Origin: Octopus vulgaris
Taxonomy: Eukaryota
Direction of reading: 5' to 3'
Assembly: GCA_951406725.2 (NCBI GenBank)
Contig: OX597814.1
Coordinates: 13,826,001 to 13,890,000, forward strand
Length of the DNA stretch: 64,000 nt
Positions 1 to 11,249 of the stretch are shown piece after piece (positions within the stretch are counted from its first letter, which is position 1; every line of letters begins with the position of its first letter). The translations under genes and the position numbers were made by a program. The notes under the pieces are model-generated. The model worked only from the letters and a program-made list of their open reading frames with translations. It was not told the origin of the DNA and made no database searches.

Positions 1-816
1 AAAGTAAGGTTATCGTCTATTTGATCATCACAACATGTATGGATTGATGCTGATGAAATAGTATGAGACGAATTAGGTTATGGACAAGGTTACTTTTAGA
101 GAAATGATTCATGAAATTAGTTATTTCGCATAACTTTTGTTTTATATTTCCTGACATAGTCGCTAACGGTGGATAAATTATTTTATGACACTTTATATTC
201 TAGCGGTTCGTCTGACATATTTCATATTGAATAGAAGTTTATTAAAGGTGTTCCGACTTAATGTTTGGGTGCCTAGACATAATAGAACTTAGCTTTACCA
301 ATCCTAGGCTGTGTGGATTAGCAGCACAAAAAGTATGCCAGACATATAATTTAGCGGTGTTTTCTCCAGCTCTTAAATTTTTAAGTTAAAATCGTAGCAT
401 CTCCTGTATGGAAAACCTACACAACACGTCATCTATTTTAAAATCAACTTCAAATAATCTATGAGTCTTTAACAAAGTTCTTTCTGTTGCAAACATTCTT
501 ACCTGGTCTCAAGTTTATGGATATTTTCTCCCTCCCTCTCCATACATAGAAGTTCGGTAAACAGACACGGATACTAGCTACTATCTTGAACAAAAGATGA
601 AGTATTAATTCGGAAAATAGATAAAACATATTTTGATTATTGTAAAGTTTGCGAAATACATTTCGATTATTATATATACATTGCATTTTTTTTCTTTCGT
701 GTGTGAAATCTAATTCAAAATGGGCCGAAATCTATACTCTTTTTGGTATAAGCTAAATGCTACTTTACATAATATTTTAAATTATGCTCTTTTGTCAAAA
801 GTTTCTATATTCGCTG

Positions 817-848
<32 letters not shown>

Positions 849-1342
849 AAAACGTTATGTTCACAAATTCTCTGGGAGATAGATGTTTGCTTTATTCTTA
901 TTCGGCCAATCACACTAATATATGTGTATATTTTTTTTTACTGTGTTTAAATTACGTGACAGCAGTTAGCGTGGAACTCATGTATACTGCAACTGAAAAA
1001 TTAAGAGCTTTTTCTTATATTAGATACAACTTCATTCTGAGTATATAAAGCTCGTTAATCTGCACATCTGTGAGTGTAGATTTCGTTTAGTTGAGTTATA
1101 ATTATTTATGGAAATATCAGTATTAATATTTTTCCCCTTGATTAATGAAAAATGTGTACCACGCTATGATAAATTACTTTTTCCTTTTAGTTTTCACTCC
1201 ACACCTCATAGAATATTTATGTTAAATATTTGTGGTATACCACTTTTTTTTTATATCGTGTTATAAAGGATTTCTGTGGTTAGAAGTATTGGTTATTTTA
1301 TTTGAATCGACCTTCTGATTATCTGATATTAAATAAAGTTTC

Positions 1343-1815
1343 GGATCTTTACTTTTGACCGGCAGATGTAGAAAATATTTTTTTATAACTAAATACTTCA
1401 AAATTTCGTATACAGGTAGAATGAGTAATATAAACAGCTTTTACTCGTAGCGTTTTTGAGAAAAAATTATGTTTACGAAGTTATTTCGTTTTAAATTACT
1501 CGTATTTCGGTAATTTCAGCCAGTCAATGACGTTTATTCAGCTGACAACAGTGACAAACGGAATATACACCGCCGATAGTTGCTATTGACAAACAACGGC
1601 AGTAATTTTATTCAGCCGAATAAACGCCATTGATTGGTTGAAATTACCGAAATACGAGAACTTGAACATGAAATAACTTCGTAAACAAACCTTTTCACAG
1701 AAACTCTAAGTGTAAAAGATATTTTATATGACACATTCTACCAATATACGAAGTTTGAAAGTGTTTAGTTATAAAATATGATTTTCTAAATCTGCCGGTC
1801 AAAAGGTAAAGATCC
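1343..1815. mobile_element. MITE with ~200-bp imperfect terminal inverted repeats, Merlin-like
   Basis: Starts GGATCTTTACTTTTGACCGGCAGAT and ends ATCTGCCGGTCAAAAGGTAAAGATCC. Complementarity continues ~200 bp inward. Flanks AAAGTTTC (1335-1342) and AAATTTTC (1816-1823) form an 8-bp TSD with 1 mismatch. GG termini plus an 8-bp TSD fit Merlin (superfamily call is inference). Confidence 0.8.
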
Positions 1816-1849
1816 AAATTTTCTTGTATTGTGAATTTTTTATTGTATA

Positions 1850-2148
1850 CTAGCAGTATCGACCGGCGTTGCTCGGGTTTGTAAGGGAAATAACTATATA
1901 AGCATTTTTAGAGAATTACTTCCCTTATATAATAGCAAAAAAATGCATTAAAAATGGGGAAAAATGATGATTAATTTATTTTTAAATCGTAGACTCATCG
2001 TAGACGCGCGCTAATACCCAGAAGGGCTCGATATGAATCACGACTATAAGATACCCGGTTTTGGTTAAACTGCACCGCAAAATGTGGGAGTAGTTAGGAA
2101 TCTAAATCGTAGGAGACAGACACACAACTTCACTTTTATATATAAAGA
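1850..2148 (-). mobile_element. Non-autonomous Helitron
   Basis: On the minus strand: A|TCTTTATATATAAAAG ... hairpin CCCGAGCAACGCCGGTC ... CTAG|T. Shows 5' TC, a subterminal GC hairpin, 3' CTAG, insertion between A and T, and no TSD. Confidence 0.8.
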
Positions 2149-2899
2149 TATTGTGGACTTTTTGGGAGATGAGGCTAATTACTTATTTAGTACCGAGTGG
2201 GCACGTCATGGTAAATAATATTTTCATGTGAGTAAACAAGAAATAGCTACATATTTTTTTGGTTTTTATACACACACACACAGACGCACACATATATATT
2301 ATAACTATATTGCATTATATTATATGAATTATCAGCCGAGAAAATTAGTTTCGTTCATTGGTGTACAGACGGTGATGTGTGTGTTTCATTTTCTGAACTG
2401 TAAACGAATCAAGGCAATAATTGTAGATCCAATATGAAATATGTCATGAGGTACAGTTTATAGATTTTTGTATTATAATGAAATGTTTTCTGGCTAATAA
2501 CATTTATTTTTGAAAAGAAATGTATAATAATTTCCAAATGTTCTACGTTTGATCATATTCATGAAATACGAATATATTGCAATAAATTGCTTATGAGTAA
2601 TTTGATTTACTTTTCGATATTGTATATGCATATGGTTTCCGGCATCGAGGAATTTATATATATATAGATAGACTGCTGATGTTATATTATGAATAGAAAC
2701 GTATATTCTTAATACTGTCACTGTCAATAAGCTCACTGATTGAGTTTTATTTAAATTAAACTTCCAAATGTTCGGTATTGGAATATTGCGTAGACAGAAT
2801 TATTTCAGCACTTCATCTAATGTATTTCACATTAGAATATTCCGCTCGCACAAGACATGGTATTGCACATTGCATTTCCTATATCAGAAGTCAGAAGTC

Positions 2900-3084
2900 C
2901 AGAAGTCCAGAATACCAAGAAGGTCAGATCTCACTCCATGTGATTTTTGCCTGTGGGATTACACAAAAGAGGAGGTGTACAAGACATCAACCCGTACACT
3001 AGAGCAGTCGGAGACACAGATTCATGAGTTCTATATTTAAGAAATGAGGAATTCTGAGGAGTTTGATTCCAGTCAGTGACCTGG

Positions 3085-3166
<82 letters not shown>

Positions 3167-3565
3167 TAACAACAACAACAACAACATCGAAAAATGAGAA
3201 TGAGAACCTAGGAATGAGAACCCAGGTTCGAAATTTCCCCAAGACACCTGGTGAAGGTAGGAGGGTATATCAGCCGAAGCGTTATTCTAACATCAAACAA
3301 GTTGAGGACAAATATCCATCAAATGTAAATAATGTACAGATTCATTAGGTACTTAATGACGACGTGCTTCAGAAGGTTTTTCATTCCATTCCTGGCCGTT
3401 TGCGGAAACTGGCTGACGCTACCGGTGCTTACGTTGAAATGTGAAGTTTTACATTCTTTTCCCCATGTAATAAAGAACATGCAGCATTGGGTTCAATAAA
3501 TTTGTAAGTTTGTAATATACATGTTATAACCAATTTTTAATGACAACTTATTTTCGCCCAACCTG
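2900..3565 (+). pseudogene. Tc1/mariner transposase C-terminal remnant with right TIR
   Basis: Translates PRRSDLTPCDFCLWDYTKEEVYK (cf. mariner-type WPPRSPDLTPCDFFLWG). After an insertion it resumes as DDVLQKVFHSIPGRLRKLADATGAYVEM*. Ends TTATTTTCGCCCAACCTG|TA. Confidence 0.7.
3026..3335 (+). mobile_element. Short non-coding insertion with (AAT)n tract and degenerate hammerhead-like motif
   Basis: Bounded by a 10-bp direct repeat ACAGATTCAT (3016-3025, 3336-3345) that splits the mariner frame. Contains CTGGTGA-AGGT...AGCC-GAAGCGTT at about 3248-3283. Confidence 0.55.
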
Positions 3566-3575
3566 TATATTCATA

Positions 3576-3626
<51 letters not shown>

Positions 3627-3760
3627 GATGTGTGTATATTTATATAATTAATAACGGTAACATTAATTAATTAATTAATCAATCAATTAATTAATAATTT
3701 TACCAAGTAGATTCGTAGGTTAAAATAAATTTTATATGTAAAATTATACAAATATTGTGC

Positions 3761-3998
3761 AATTATAAACATAATTATAATTATGGGTCGGCTAATTGCT
3801 TCACCACATACCGAATTTAGAAACGGGAGTTAAACATTACTTTACTATTAATGTAAGAATCTACACAACAGTAAAACGAGCGTGTTACTGTCGCGGAGAT
3901 TCTTACAGTAGTAGAAAAAGAATGTTTAACTCCTACTTCTAAATTCGGTATGTAGTGAAGTAATTAGCTGAACCCTAATTATAATTATGTTTATAATT
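3761..3998. repeat. ~240-bp imperfect palindrome
   Basis: AATTATAAACATAATTATAATTATGGGTCGGCTAATTGCTTCACCACATACCGAATTTAGAA... mirrors ...TTCTAAATTCGGTATGTAGTGAAGTAATTAGCTGAACCCTAATTATAATTATGTTTATAATT. Centre near 3878 (ACAGTAA/TTACTGT). Confidence 0.85.
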
Positions 3999-4007
3999 AT
4001 AGAATAT

Positions 4008-4071
<64 letters not shown>

Positions 4072-4260
4072 TCTTTAGTCTTTTACTTGTTTCAGACCCT
4101 TGACTGTGGCCATATTGGAGCACCGCCCGCAGGACATTCTTTATAAGCCTAGTACTCATTCGATGGGAATCTTTTGCCGAACCCCTAAGATACGGGGAGG
4201 TAACTACATCAGCGTCTGAGAAGAAGTGATGTTGGGTGGACAAACATAGACACACAAACA
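4072..4260 (-). mobile_element. 3' fragment of tRNA-derived SINE family A
   Basis: TTTTACTTGTTTCAG..TTGACTGTGGCCATATTGGAGCACC..TTTTGCCGAACC matches the full-length copy at 39095-39548. Confidence 0.75.
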
Positions 4261-4269
4261 TACACACAT

Positions 4270-4357
<88 letters not shown>

Positions 4358-4386
4358 ATACAATATGTTACATTACTCGGTAGTCA

Positions 4387-4449
4387 AGATAAAACTCTGA
4401 GTTTCAGATGCCGAAGTGGAAATCCACAACACCATCTCATCGGTTATCT
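4387..4449 (-). ncRNA. Type I hammerhead ribozyme in PLE 3' region (left arm)
   Basis: Reverse complement of 8260-8322. Confidence 0.75.
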
Positions 4450-4635
4450 GGCTATTTGAAAACGTTATGAAAAAATATACCGTTAAAAATTAAGGGAAAT
4501 TACTCTGTTATAACTCTGCTTTGCCTGCGTACTTATACATCGCTCGCATTTTTCGTCATAAAAATTATATAAAAATACATAAAAATATATAAAAATATAT
4601 AAAATCTTCTTGGGACATAACACAGAAAGCATGTT

Positions 4636-6557
4636 CTATCCGTTTTCTTTAGGGGACCAAAAACGTAACAGAAATTTAGTCACATGTGGGCATGATCCGA
4701 AAAGTTCTGTCCTTGTATTTAGACATGTGGTAGGGTCTAAGCTGCTTTTCCAGATAAGCCATCTCTCCATGTCGCATAAACCGCACCTTCCGCTGCCGTT
4801 AGTATAGGGCTTACATCTGGCCAAAATCTTCCATTGTATGTTATAATCGACACCTTTATCTCTTAAAGACCAAATATGATTGGATAATTGTGTCGCTTTT
4901 CTTTTGTTCCAGTGCCTAAAGCTCAAAGTGTGGTTATTGAACCTGGCCTTGAAATTACCCTCTGTCAGGCCCACGTATTTCTTCGTCGAAACGGTGTCTT
5001 TAGTGGTTATAGAGTTTACGGTAGCTTCATATATGATGGTCTTGGACATGCAAGCTCCATTTAGCGGGCACAATTCTTTATTCCTGCATGAACAGCTGTT
5101 TTCTTCTTGTGTTTTTTGTATGTTATGATTGATTATGTTTTTAAAATTGGTAGTTGAACTAAAACTAATTTTTAAATTGTGTCTATTGAAGAGTTTCCTA
5201 TAAGCATGGTTAACTGGAAAATGTCTATCTATCAGTGCTAGGAAATATTTACCTATATTGAAGGCCACCTCGGGTGAGTAAGGGGGCGTAAACCAGATGA
5301 CCTTCCTATTTCTATTATTCCTTTTCCTTATTGTTGGGCTGGTGATAGGTGTATATTTTATTTTTTCGCTAAAACCACTATCTTTTAAAGCTTTATTATA
5401 AACTGGGGCAACGCTATTGAAGATGTCCTCATTAGATGAGAGGCTAGAAATCCTCTTACTAATATTTTTAACTAAATTTTTGAATACTATAGGGGGATGG
5501 CATGAACCTACATTAATATAACTTAGTCTATCATTGGGCTTCCTATAAGGCTTATAAATATTATTATTAAGATCTAAGGAAACGTCTAAGAAATTGACAA
5601 CCGTCAGGTTAGTGTCTATAGTTATACTAAGTCCGAAGTGTTTCATTAACTGGATAATATCCTTCCTAAAACGATCTTGTGTTAGTCCATTTGTATTAGC
5701 TGTTAAGGCGAGGGCATCATCTTTGTAGATGGCGAAATGTACGTTAGGGAATGTCTTACCGAAGGTATCTAGGAGAAAGAGTCCAATTAGATCACAGATG
5801 CCTGCCCCATCATATGAACCCATGCTCACATCGAAAGCGCCCTCCGTGTCGGTGTTTTTTACCCACTTTGCATTCTCACTGAAAAGTAATGTCTTTCTAG
5901 CATGGAAGATTATATCCTTATCATTGGTACTAATTTCTATGAAGTCACTAGCGAAGATTAGGGCTTTATCTAGCAGTTCTTTAGAGATAGAGGCATAAAA
6001 ATCAACAATATCGAATTGTGTAAACCTCGCTTTTTTCTTATTCTTAATAGCTTTAAACCAGTCTACGACTTCTATACTATTGGACCATTGCACTAGCCTA
6101 GTATCGGTCTTAATTTTCGTATTTATTTTATCTAAAATTTCTTTGCTAATAATCCCTAGTTCTGACTTGGCTGGGTTGATAAGCCTACATTTAGGGTTGG
6201 AAAGGAAGTTTTCTTTGTGGTCTTTAATAGTAATAAAGGCCTCTTTTTGGGGAGGGTTTCTATTTTTTTATCTAATTTAAGTTTAGCGGCGATGACGCTA
6301 GCTTCTTTATTAATTTCGTTATATGTCTGTGACCTAGCCTTAGTATAATTATTAATGATGCTGTTGTGTAAGAGTTGTGTGTATTTGCTGTTATCTACCA
6401 GGTATAAGTTCTTGGTTTTATCCGAAAAAAGTGCTTTTTTCTTGGAGCTTTTTATATGATCAATATCTTTTTTCAATTTATGTTGGAAATTGTTAAAAGA
6501 CTTACGAAACTTTATTTTGCTCATGATCTTCAGCAGGTCCGCTTCGAAATCTTCCAA
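4636..6557 (-). pseudogene. PLE reverse transcriptase + GIY-YIG endonuclease, one frameshift near 6250
   Basis: N-terminal FSDKTKNLY (DKT in place of DKG). After the frameshift: EAFITIKDHKENF..CRLINPAKSELG, then FDIVDFY, FDVSMGSYDGA, YKDD, NFLDVSLDL, YKPYRKP, CSCRNKELCPLNGAC, IIYEATV..YVGLT..FKARFNNH, CGLC and SCPH. The frame is open from about 6250 to the stop at 4636. Confidence 0.9.
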
Positions 6558-6616
6558 GCCTTTAATCCTAGGAGGGAATTTTTTGGATTTTATCCGATAG
6601 AAAATGTACTAGGCTA

Positions 6617-8073
6617 GTGCAATGGTCCAATAGTATAGAAGTCGTAGACTGGTTTAAAGCTATTAAGAATAAGAAAAAAGCGAGGTTTACACAATTCGAT
6701 ATTGTTGATTTTTATGCCTCTATCTCTAAAGAACTGCTAGATAAAGCCCTAATCTTCGCTAGTGACTTCATAGAAATTAGTACCAATGATAAGGATATAA
6801 TCTTCCATGCTAGAAAGACATTACTTTTCAGTGAGAATGCAAAGTGGGTAAAAAACACCGACACGGAGGGCGCTTTCGATGTGAGCATGGGTTCATATGA
6901 TGGGGCAGGCATCTGTGATCTAATTGGACTCTTTCTCCTAGATACCTTCGGTAAGACATTCCCTAACGTACATTTCGCCATCTACAAAGATGATGCCCTC
7001 GCCTTAACAGCTAATACAAATGGACCAACACAAGATCGTTTTAGGAAGGATATTATCCAGTTAATGAAACACTTCGGACTTAGTATAACTATAGACACTA
7101 ACCTGACGGTTGTCAATTTCTTAGACGTTTCCTTAGATCTTAATAATAATATTTATAAGCCTTATAGGAAGCCCAATGATAGACTAAGTTATATTAATGT
7201 AGGTTCATGCCATCCCCCTATAGTATTCAAAAATTTAGTTAAAAATATTAGTAAGAGGATTTCTAGCCTCTCATCTAATGAGGACATCTTCAATAGCGTT
7301 GCCCCAGTTTATAATAAAGCTTTAAAAGATAGTGGTTTTAGCGAAAAAATAAAATACACACCTATCACCAGCCCAACAATAAGGAAAAGGAATAATAGAA
7401 ATAGGAAGGTCATCTGGTTTACGCCCCCTTACTCACCCGAGGTGGCCTTCAATATAGGTAAATATTTCTAGCACTGATAGATAGACATTTTCCAGTTAAC
7501 CATGCTTATAGGAAACTCTTCAATAGACACAATTTAAAAATTAGTTTTAGTTCAACTACCAATTTTAAAAATATAATCAATCATAACATACAAAAAACAC
7601 AAGAAGAAAACAGCTGTTCATGCAGGAATAAAGAATTGTGCCCGCTAAATGGAGCTTGCATGTCCAAGACCATCATATATGAAGCTACCGTAAACTCTAT
7701 AACCACTAAAGACACCGTTTCGACGAAGAAATACGTGGGCCTGACAGAGGGTAATTTCAAGGCCAGGTTCAATAACCACACTTTGAGCTTTAGGCACTGG
7801 AACAAAAGAAAAGCGACACAATTATCCAATCATATTTGGTCTTTAAGAGATAAAGGTGTCGATTATAACATACAATGGAAGATTTTGGCCAGATGTAAGC
7901 CCTATACTAACGGCAGCGGAAGGTGCGGTTTATGCGACATGGAGAGATGGCTTATCTGGAAAAGCAGCTTAGACCCTACCACATGTCTAAATACAAGGAC
8001 AGAACTTTTCGGATCATGCCCACATGTGACTAAATTTCTGTTACGTTTTTGGTCCCCTAAAGAAAACGGATAG
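6617..8073 (+). pseudogene. PLE RT + GIY-YIG, broken by a 1-bp deletion near 7468
   Basis: ORFs 6617-7471 and 7636-8073 match the minus-strand 485-aa ORF. AAATATTTCTAG here versus AAATATTTCCTAG in the left arm. Confidence 0.9.
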
Positions 8074-8259
8074 AACATGCTTTCTGTGTTATGTCCCAAG
8101 AAGATTTTATATATTTTTATATATTTTTATGTATTTTTATATAATTTTTATGACGAAAAATGCGAGCGATGTATAAGTACGCAGGCAAAGCAGAGTTATA
8201 ACAGAGTAATTTCCCTTAATTTTTAACGGTATATTTTTTCATAACGTTTTCAAATAGCC

Positions 8260-8322
8260 AGATAACCGATGAGATGGTGTTGTGGATTTCCACTTCGGCA
8301 TCTGAAACTCAGAGTTTTATCT
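8260..8322 (+). ncRNA. Type I hammerhead ribozyme in PLE 3' region (right arm)
   Basis: Stem I AGATAA/TTATCT; core CCGATGA; stem II GATG/CATC with inner GTGGA/TCCAC; extra T then GAAA; near-palindromic stem III ACTC-A-GAGT; predicted GUU cleavage triplet. Confidence 0.75.
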
Positions 8323-8418
8323 TGACTACCGAGTAATGTAACATATTGTATAGATAAATTTCCTCTATTTACATAATATTGAGGTCTCTTTCTTTCTTTT
8401 GTTATCTTACCGTTTTAT

Positions 8419-8468
<50 letters not shown>

Positions 8469-8640
8469 GTAAACAAGTTGCTACATCTAAGTAGCAGATG
8501 AATGTTACTACTAGTCTAACTTCAGGCAGACTCTCCGCCAGGTGGTTCTCGATGCAGAATCTGCATCCTTTATACACAATACATTGCTAGCAGGGAAAGC
8601 GACCACTTATTAACACTCCATTACCTAATAGGAGCGTGGG

Positions 8641-8683
8641 AATGGGTCAGTTTCGAGCTAGTTGGCTCTTCGTCAGCCGCATT
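8641..8683 (-). ncRNA. Hammerhead-like motif, probably inactive
   Basis: Minus strand AATGCGG-CTGACGA-A-GAGC-CAACTA-GCTC-GAAA-CTGA-CCCATT. Core and stem II are intact, stem I has a bulge, and there is no NUH triplet. Confidence 0.5.
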
Positions 8684-9171
8684 TTCGCACACGTTGTTAC
8701 TCTATCTTGTTTTGACATTTTTTTAACAAGCTAATTTGCTTGTTGTAAATCAGTGACCGGTGGTGACTTTGTTAACAATATATTGCTGGCAGAAGTGGAT
8801 CGTGTGTGTGAGTGTGTGTGTCTGTGTAGTACAAATTTGTGTCGGTTTTCGTCTAAGAATATTTTTGTTATCCCGGAGCTATAGTGCAGGCAACTTATCC
8901 AGGGTTGCGCACAATATGATTGAGAAGAAAATGTCTTCCCAGATAACCATAAAACTGTGTCAAGCATTAACCAATTTCTTATCAAGTACCTACTTTATAT
9001 CATAGACTAAAACATAATAGAATGCAAAAAGTATTTAGCTTATATGGATAAGCTTTTTAGATATATCTTCGCCTATTTTCTCAGTTTGACTGTTGCAAAC
9101 AGGTCTAGTTACTAAAAAAGGCTATCATAATAACTTGTTTTGCTATTTCTTACATGCATTTACAGAGTTTT

Positions 9172-9209
<38 letters not shown>

Positions 9210-9252
9210 TCATAAAAACCACACACAAATACACATACACAAAATGCACACA

Positions 9253-9295
<43 letters not shown>

Positions 9296-10387
9296 ATCTA
9301 TCTATATGTATATATGTATATATATATATGTGTCTGTGTGTCTGTGTGTAATGTATATGTATGTGTGATTATTGTACGTGTACGTATATGTACGCATGTG
9401 CGTGCGTTCGTGTGATTGAATATGAGTCTTTATATTCATATTTAGAACATATTTCGAATTTTATTCTCTGTTTTCTATTTGAAAGTATTAATGATACGTG
9501 CGACAAAAATTAATTGTCCTATATGTTGGTAAAGTTATTTATGCAACGGTGTATATCATTAATTCTCATCTGTGAAGGTCAGACGTTTCTACTTGTACTT
9601 TTTTCTCATATATATTTTCTTTCCGAAGAATAGATGATTAACTATTTATATTAAAACTGAAATAAACATGCAAAAATTACAAAAAGGAAATTCTCTAACT
9701 TGGTTGCGTTCTAATTTTATTTTTATCTTGTGTTCTGCTTTTACATATAAACACCTGGCTTTAGAAAATATATATTGTGTTCTAATATACTTTCAAAACT
9801 GATTTATGATTTATACATTCTCACGTGTACATATATAGTGTAGATGCTGAGAGTGGAGGATCTCTGTGTCTTCTTAATATAGCATTCGAAAATACATCCT
9901 GGCACTCTACAGTCTTAGAATGGAACTGAAAGAAAGAACAATTCGAAATTCTCTTGTGCCTGAACACCAAGTAAATCATTTTGTATGTATTCGGAAAAGG
10001 AACGTCTGATTTAAGAAGTTGAAAGATGAATAGTTAATAACTTTAATCATGCAAAATTACTTTTCTACCAGATGTTTCCCTCTATATTGCATATAAATTA
10101 TTGTGTGAAAATTTACGCACTATACGTGGGTGTATATTTCGGATTCGGATTTCGTCAGACTAACATTTAACCATATGTATTCACATTGTGAAAAACTCAA
10201 CTTAGTGTTAGTCTGTTTAAGTACCACTCTAACAGATTCAAAAACTTATACTGCTTAATATCCCGACAATGAATCAGTTATATTTATATGAAATGTGAAA
10301 CGGAGGGTACTAAAACCTCGGAACGCATATTATAGTTATGCTAACATCATTCTTTGCGTTGTGATATATATATATATATATATATAT

Positions 10388-10601
10388 CATCCAAAATGTG
10401 ACCGCGTATGTACCGTTGGCGACTTTTTTCGTCCGTCTTCCCTTCTCTGGATCTTTCTTTTTCCTATGTTTCTGACGAAGAGCTCCGCTCGAAACGTAAA
10501 ACCCTCCTTCTTCCCTTCCTTCCTGGGCGTCCAATAATACTATATTTGTTCCACGTCCTCGCGTTGTTGTGTTTTCTCTTGGTGTTTTCATGTTTGGATT
10601 A

Positions 10602-10605
<4 letters not shown>
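10388..10605 (+). mobile_element. ~215-bp hammerhead-bearing non-coding element inserted in (TA)n
   Basis: (TA)n on both sides. HHR at 10468-10502: GTTT-CTGACGA-A-GAGC-TCC-GCTC-GAAACGTA-AAAC. Confidence 0.75.
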
Positions 10606-10636
<31 letters not shown>

Positions 10637-11249
10637 GTTATCAAATGTATAAATTACCTATACATTTTTATTCCATGGCGACTACTTGATAAACATCATT
10701 AACGTGATTTTATCCTTATATTCAGTATGAATTAATAAAAAAAATTATATATATAACTACTCATACATACACACACTAACACTGACCACTGACACACAGT
10801 CGCAGATGTAGTTATATGTTCATCAATTCGATATTATAGGACGTTTCTGATGCATAAAATTTAATCAGCAATTTAAATACCAATCTAAATGAAATATTAG
10901 AAATTTGAAGTCTTAGTAACTTTCATTTGTTTTGTGTGGTAGGTCTACATTAAGTCCATTTCTCAAATAATACAGTAGAATACCTGGCACTTAGCAATCT
11001 CATTAAACATTTCGTCTCGAAGCAAATCGAACGAGTCATCGCCTTTATGATTATATGAAACGTTGAATTAACTAATAATATTGAGTTTTGTATTAGTAGT
11101 TAGCATGGATGGACAGTTAAAAATAGTTTTTTTCTTTTTTGGAAATGATATTCTCTGAAATGTTAGTATCTAAATTGCAGCAAATATCCCTTTCATTATG
11201 TTAGTACCTAAATTGTAACAAATATCCTTTTCAAATATGTTTATCTGCA

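Larger units (their letters stand above)
4353..6606 (-). mobile_element. Penelope-like retroelement, 5'-truncated, left arm (Hydra-clade-like)
   Basis: Contains RT and GIY-YIG coding sequence plus a 3' hammerhead. Its 3' end abuts (TA)n. Bases 4353-6103 are the reverse complement of 6607-8356. Confidence 0.92.
6607..8420 (+). mobile_element. Penelope-like retroelement, 5'-truncated, right arm
   Basis: Same sequence as the left arm. Extends ~64 bp further 3' before (TA)n at 8421-8467. Confidence 0.92.

Noticed and set aside
4880-5998. Antisense ORFs within the PLE arms (and likewise within the Dong LINE)
   Set aside because: Shadow frames of the RT/endonuclease genes with no independent motifs.
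11161-11240. Short tandem duplications (38 bp here, 20 bp near 27020, AT-rich units at 32890-33060)
   Set aside because: Ordinary slippage duplications with no further structure.
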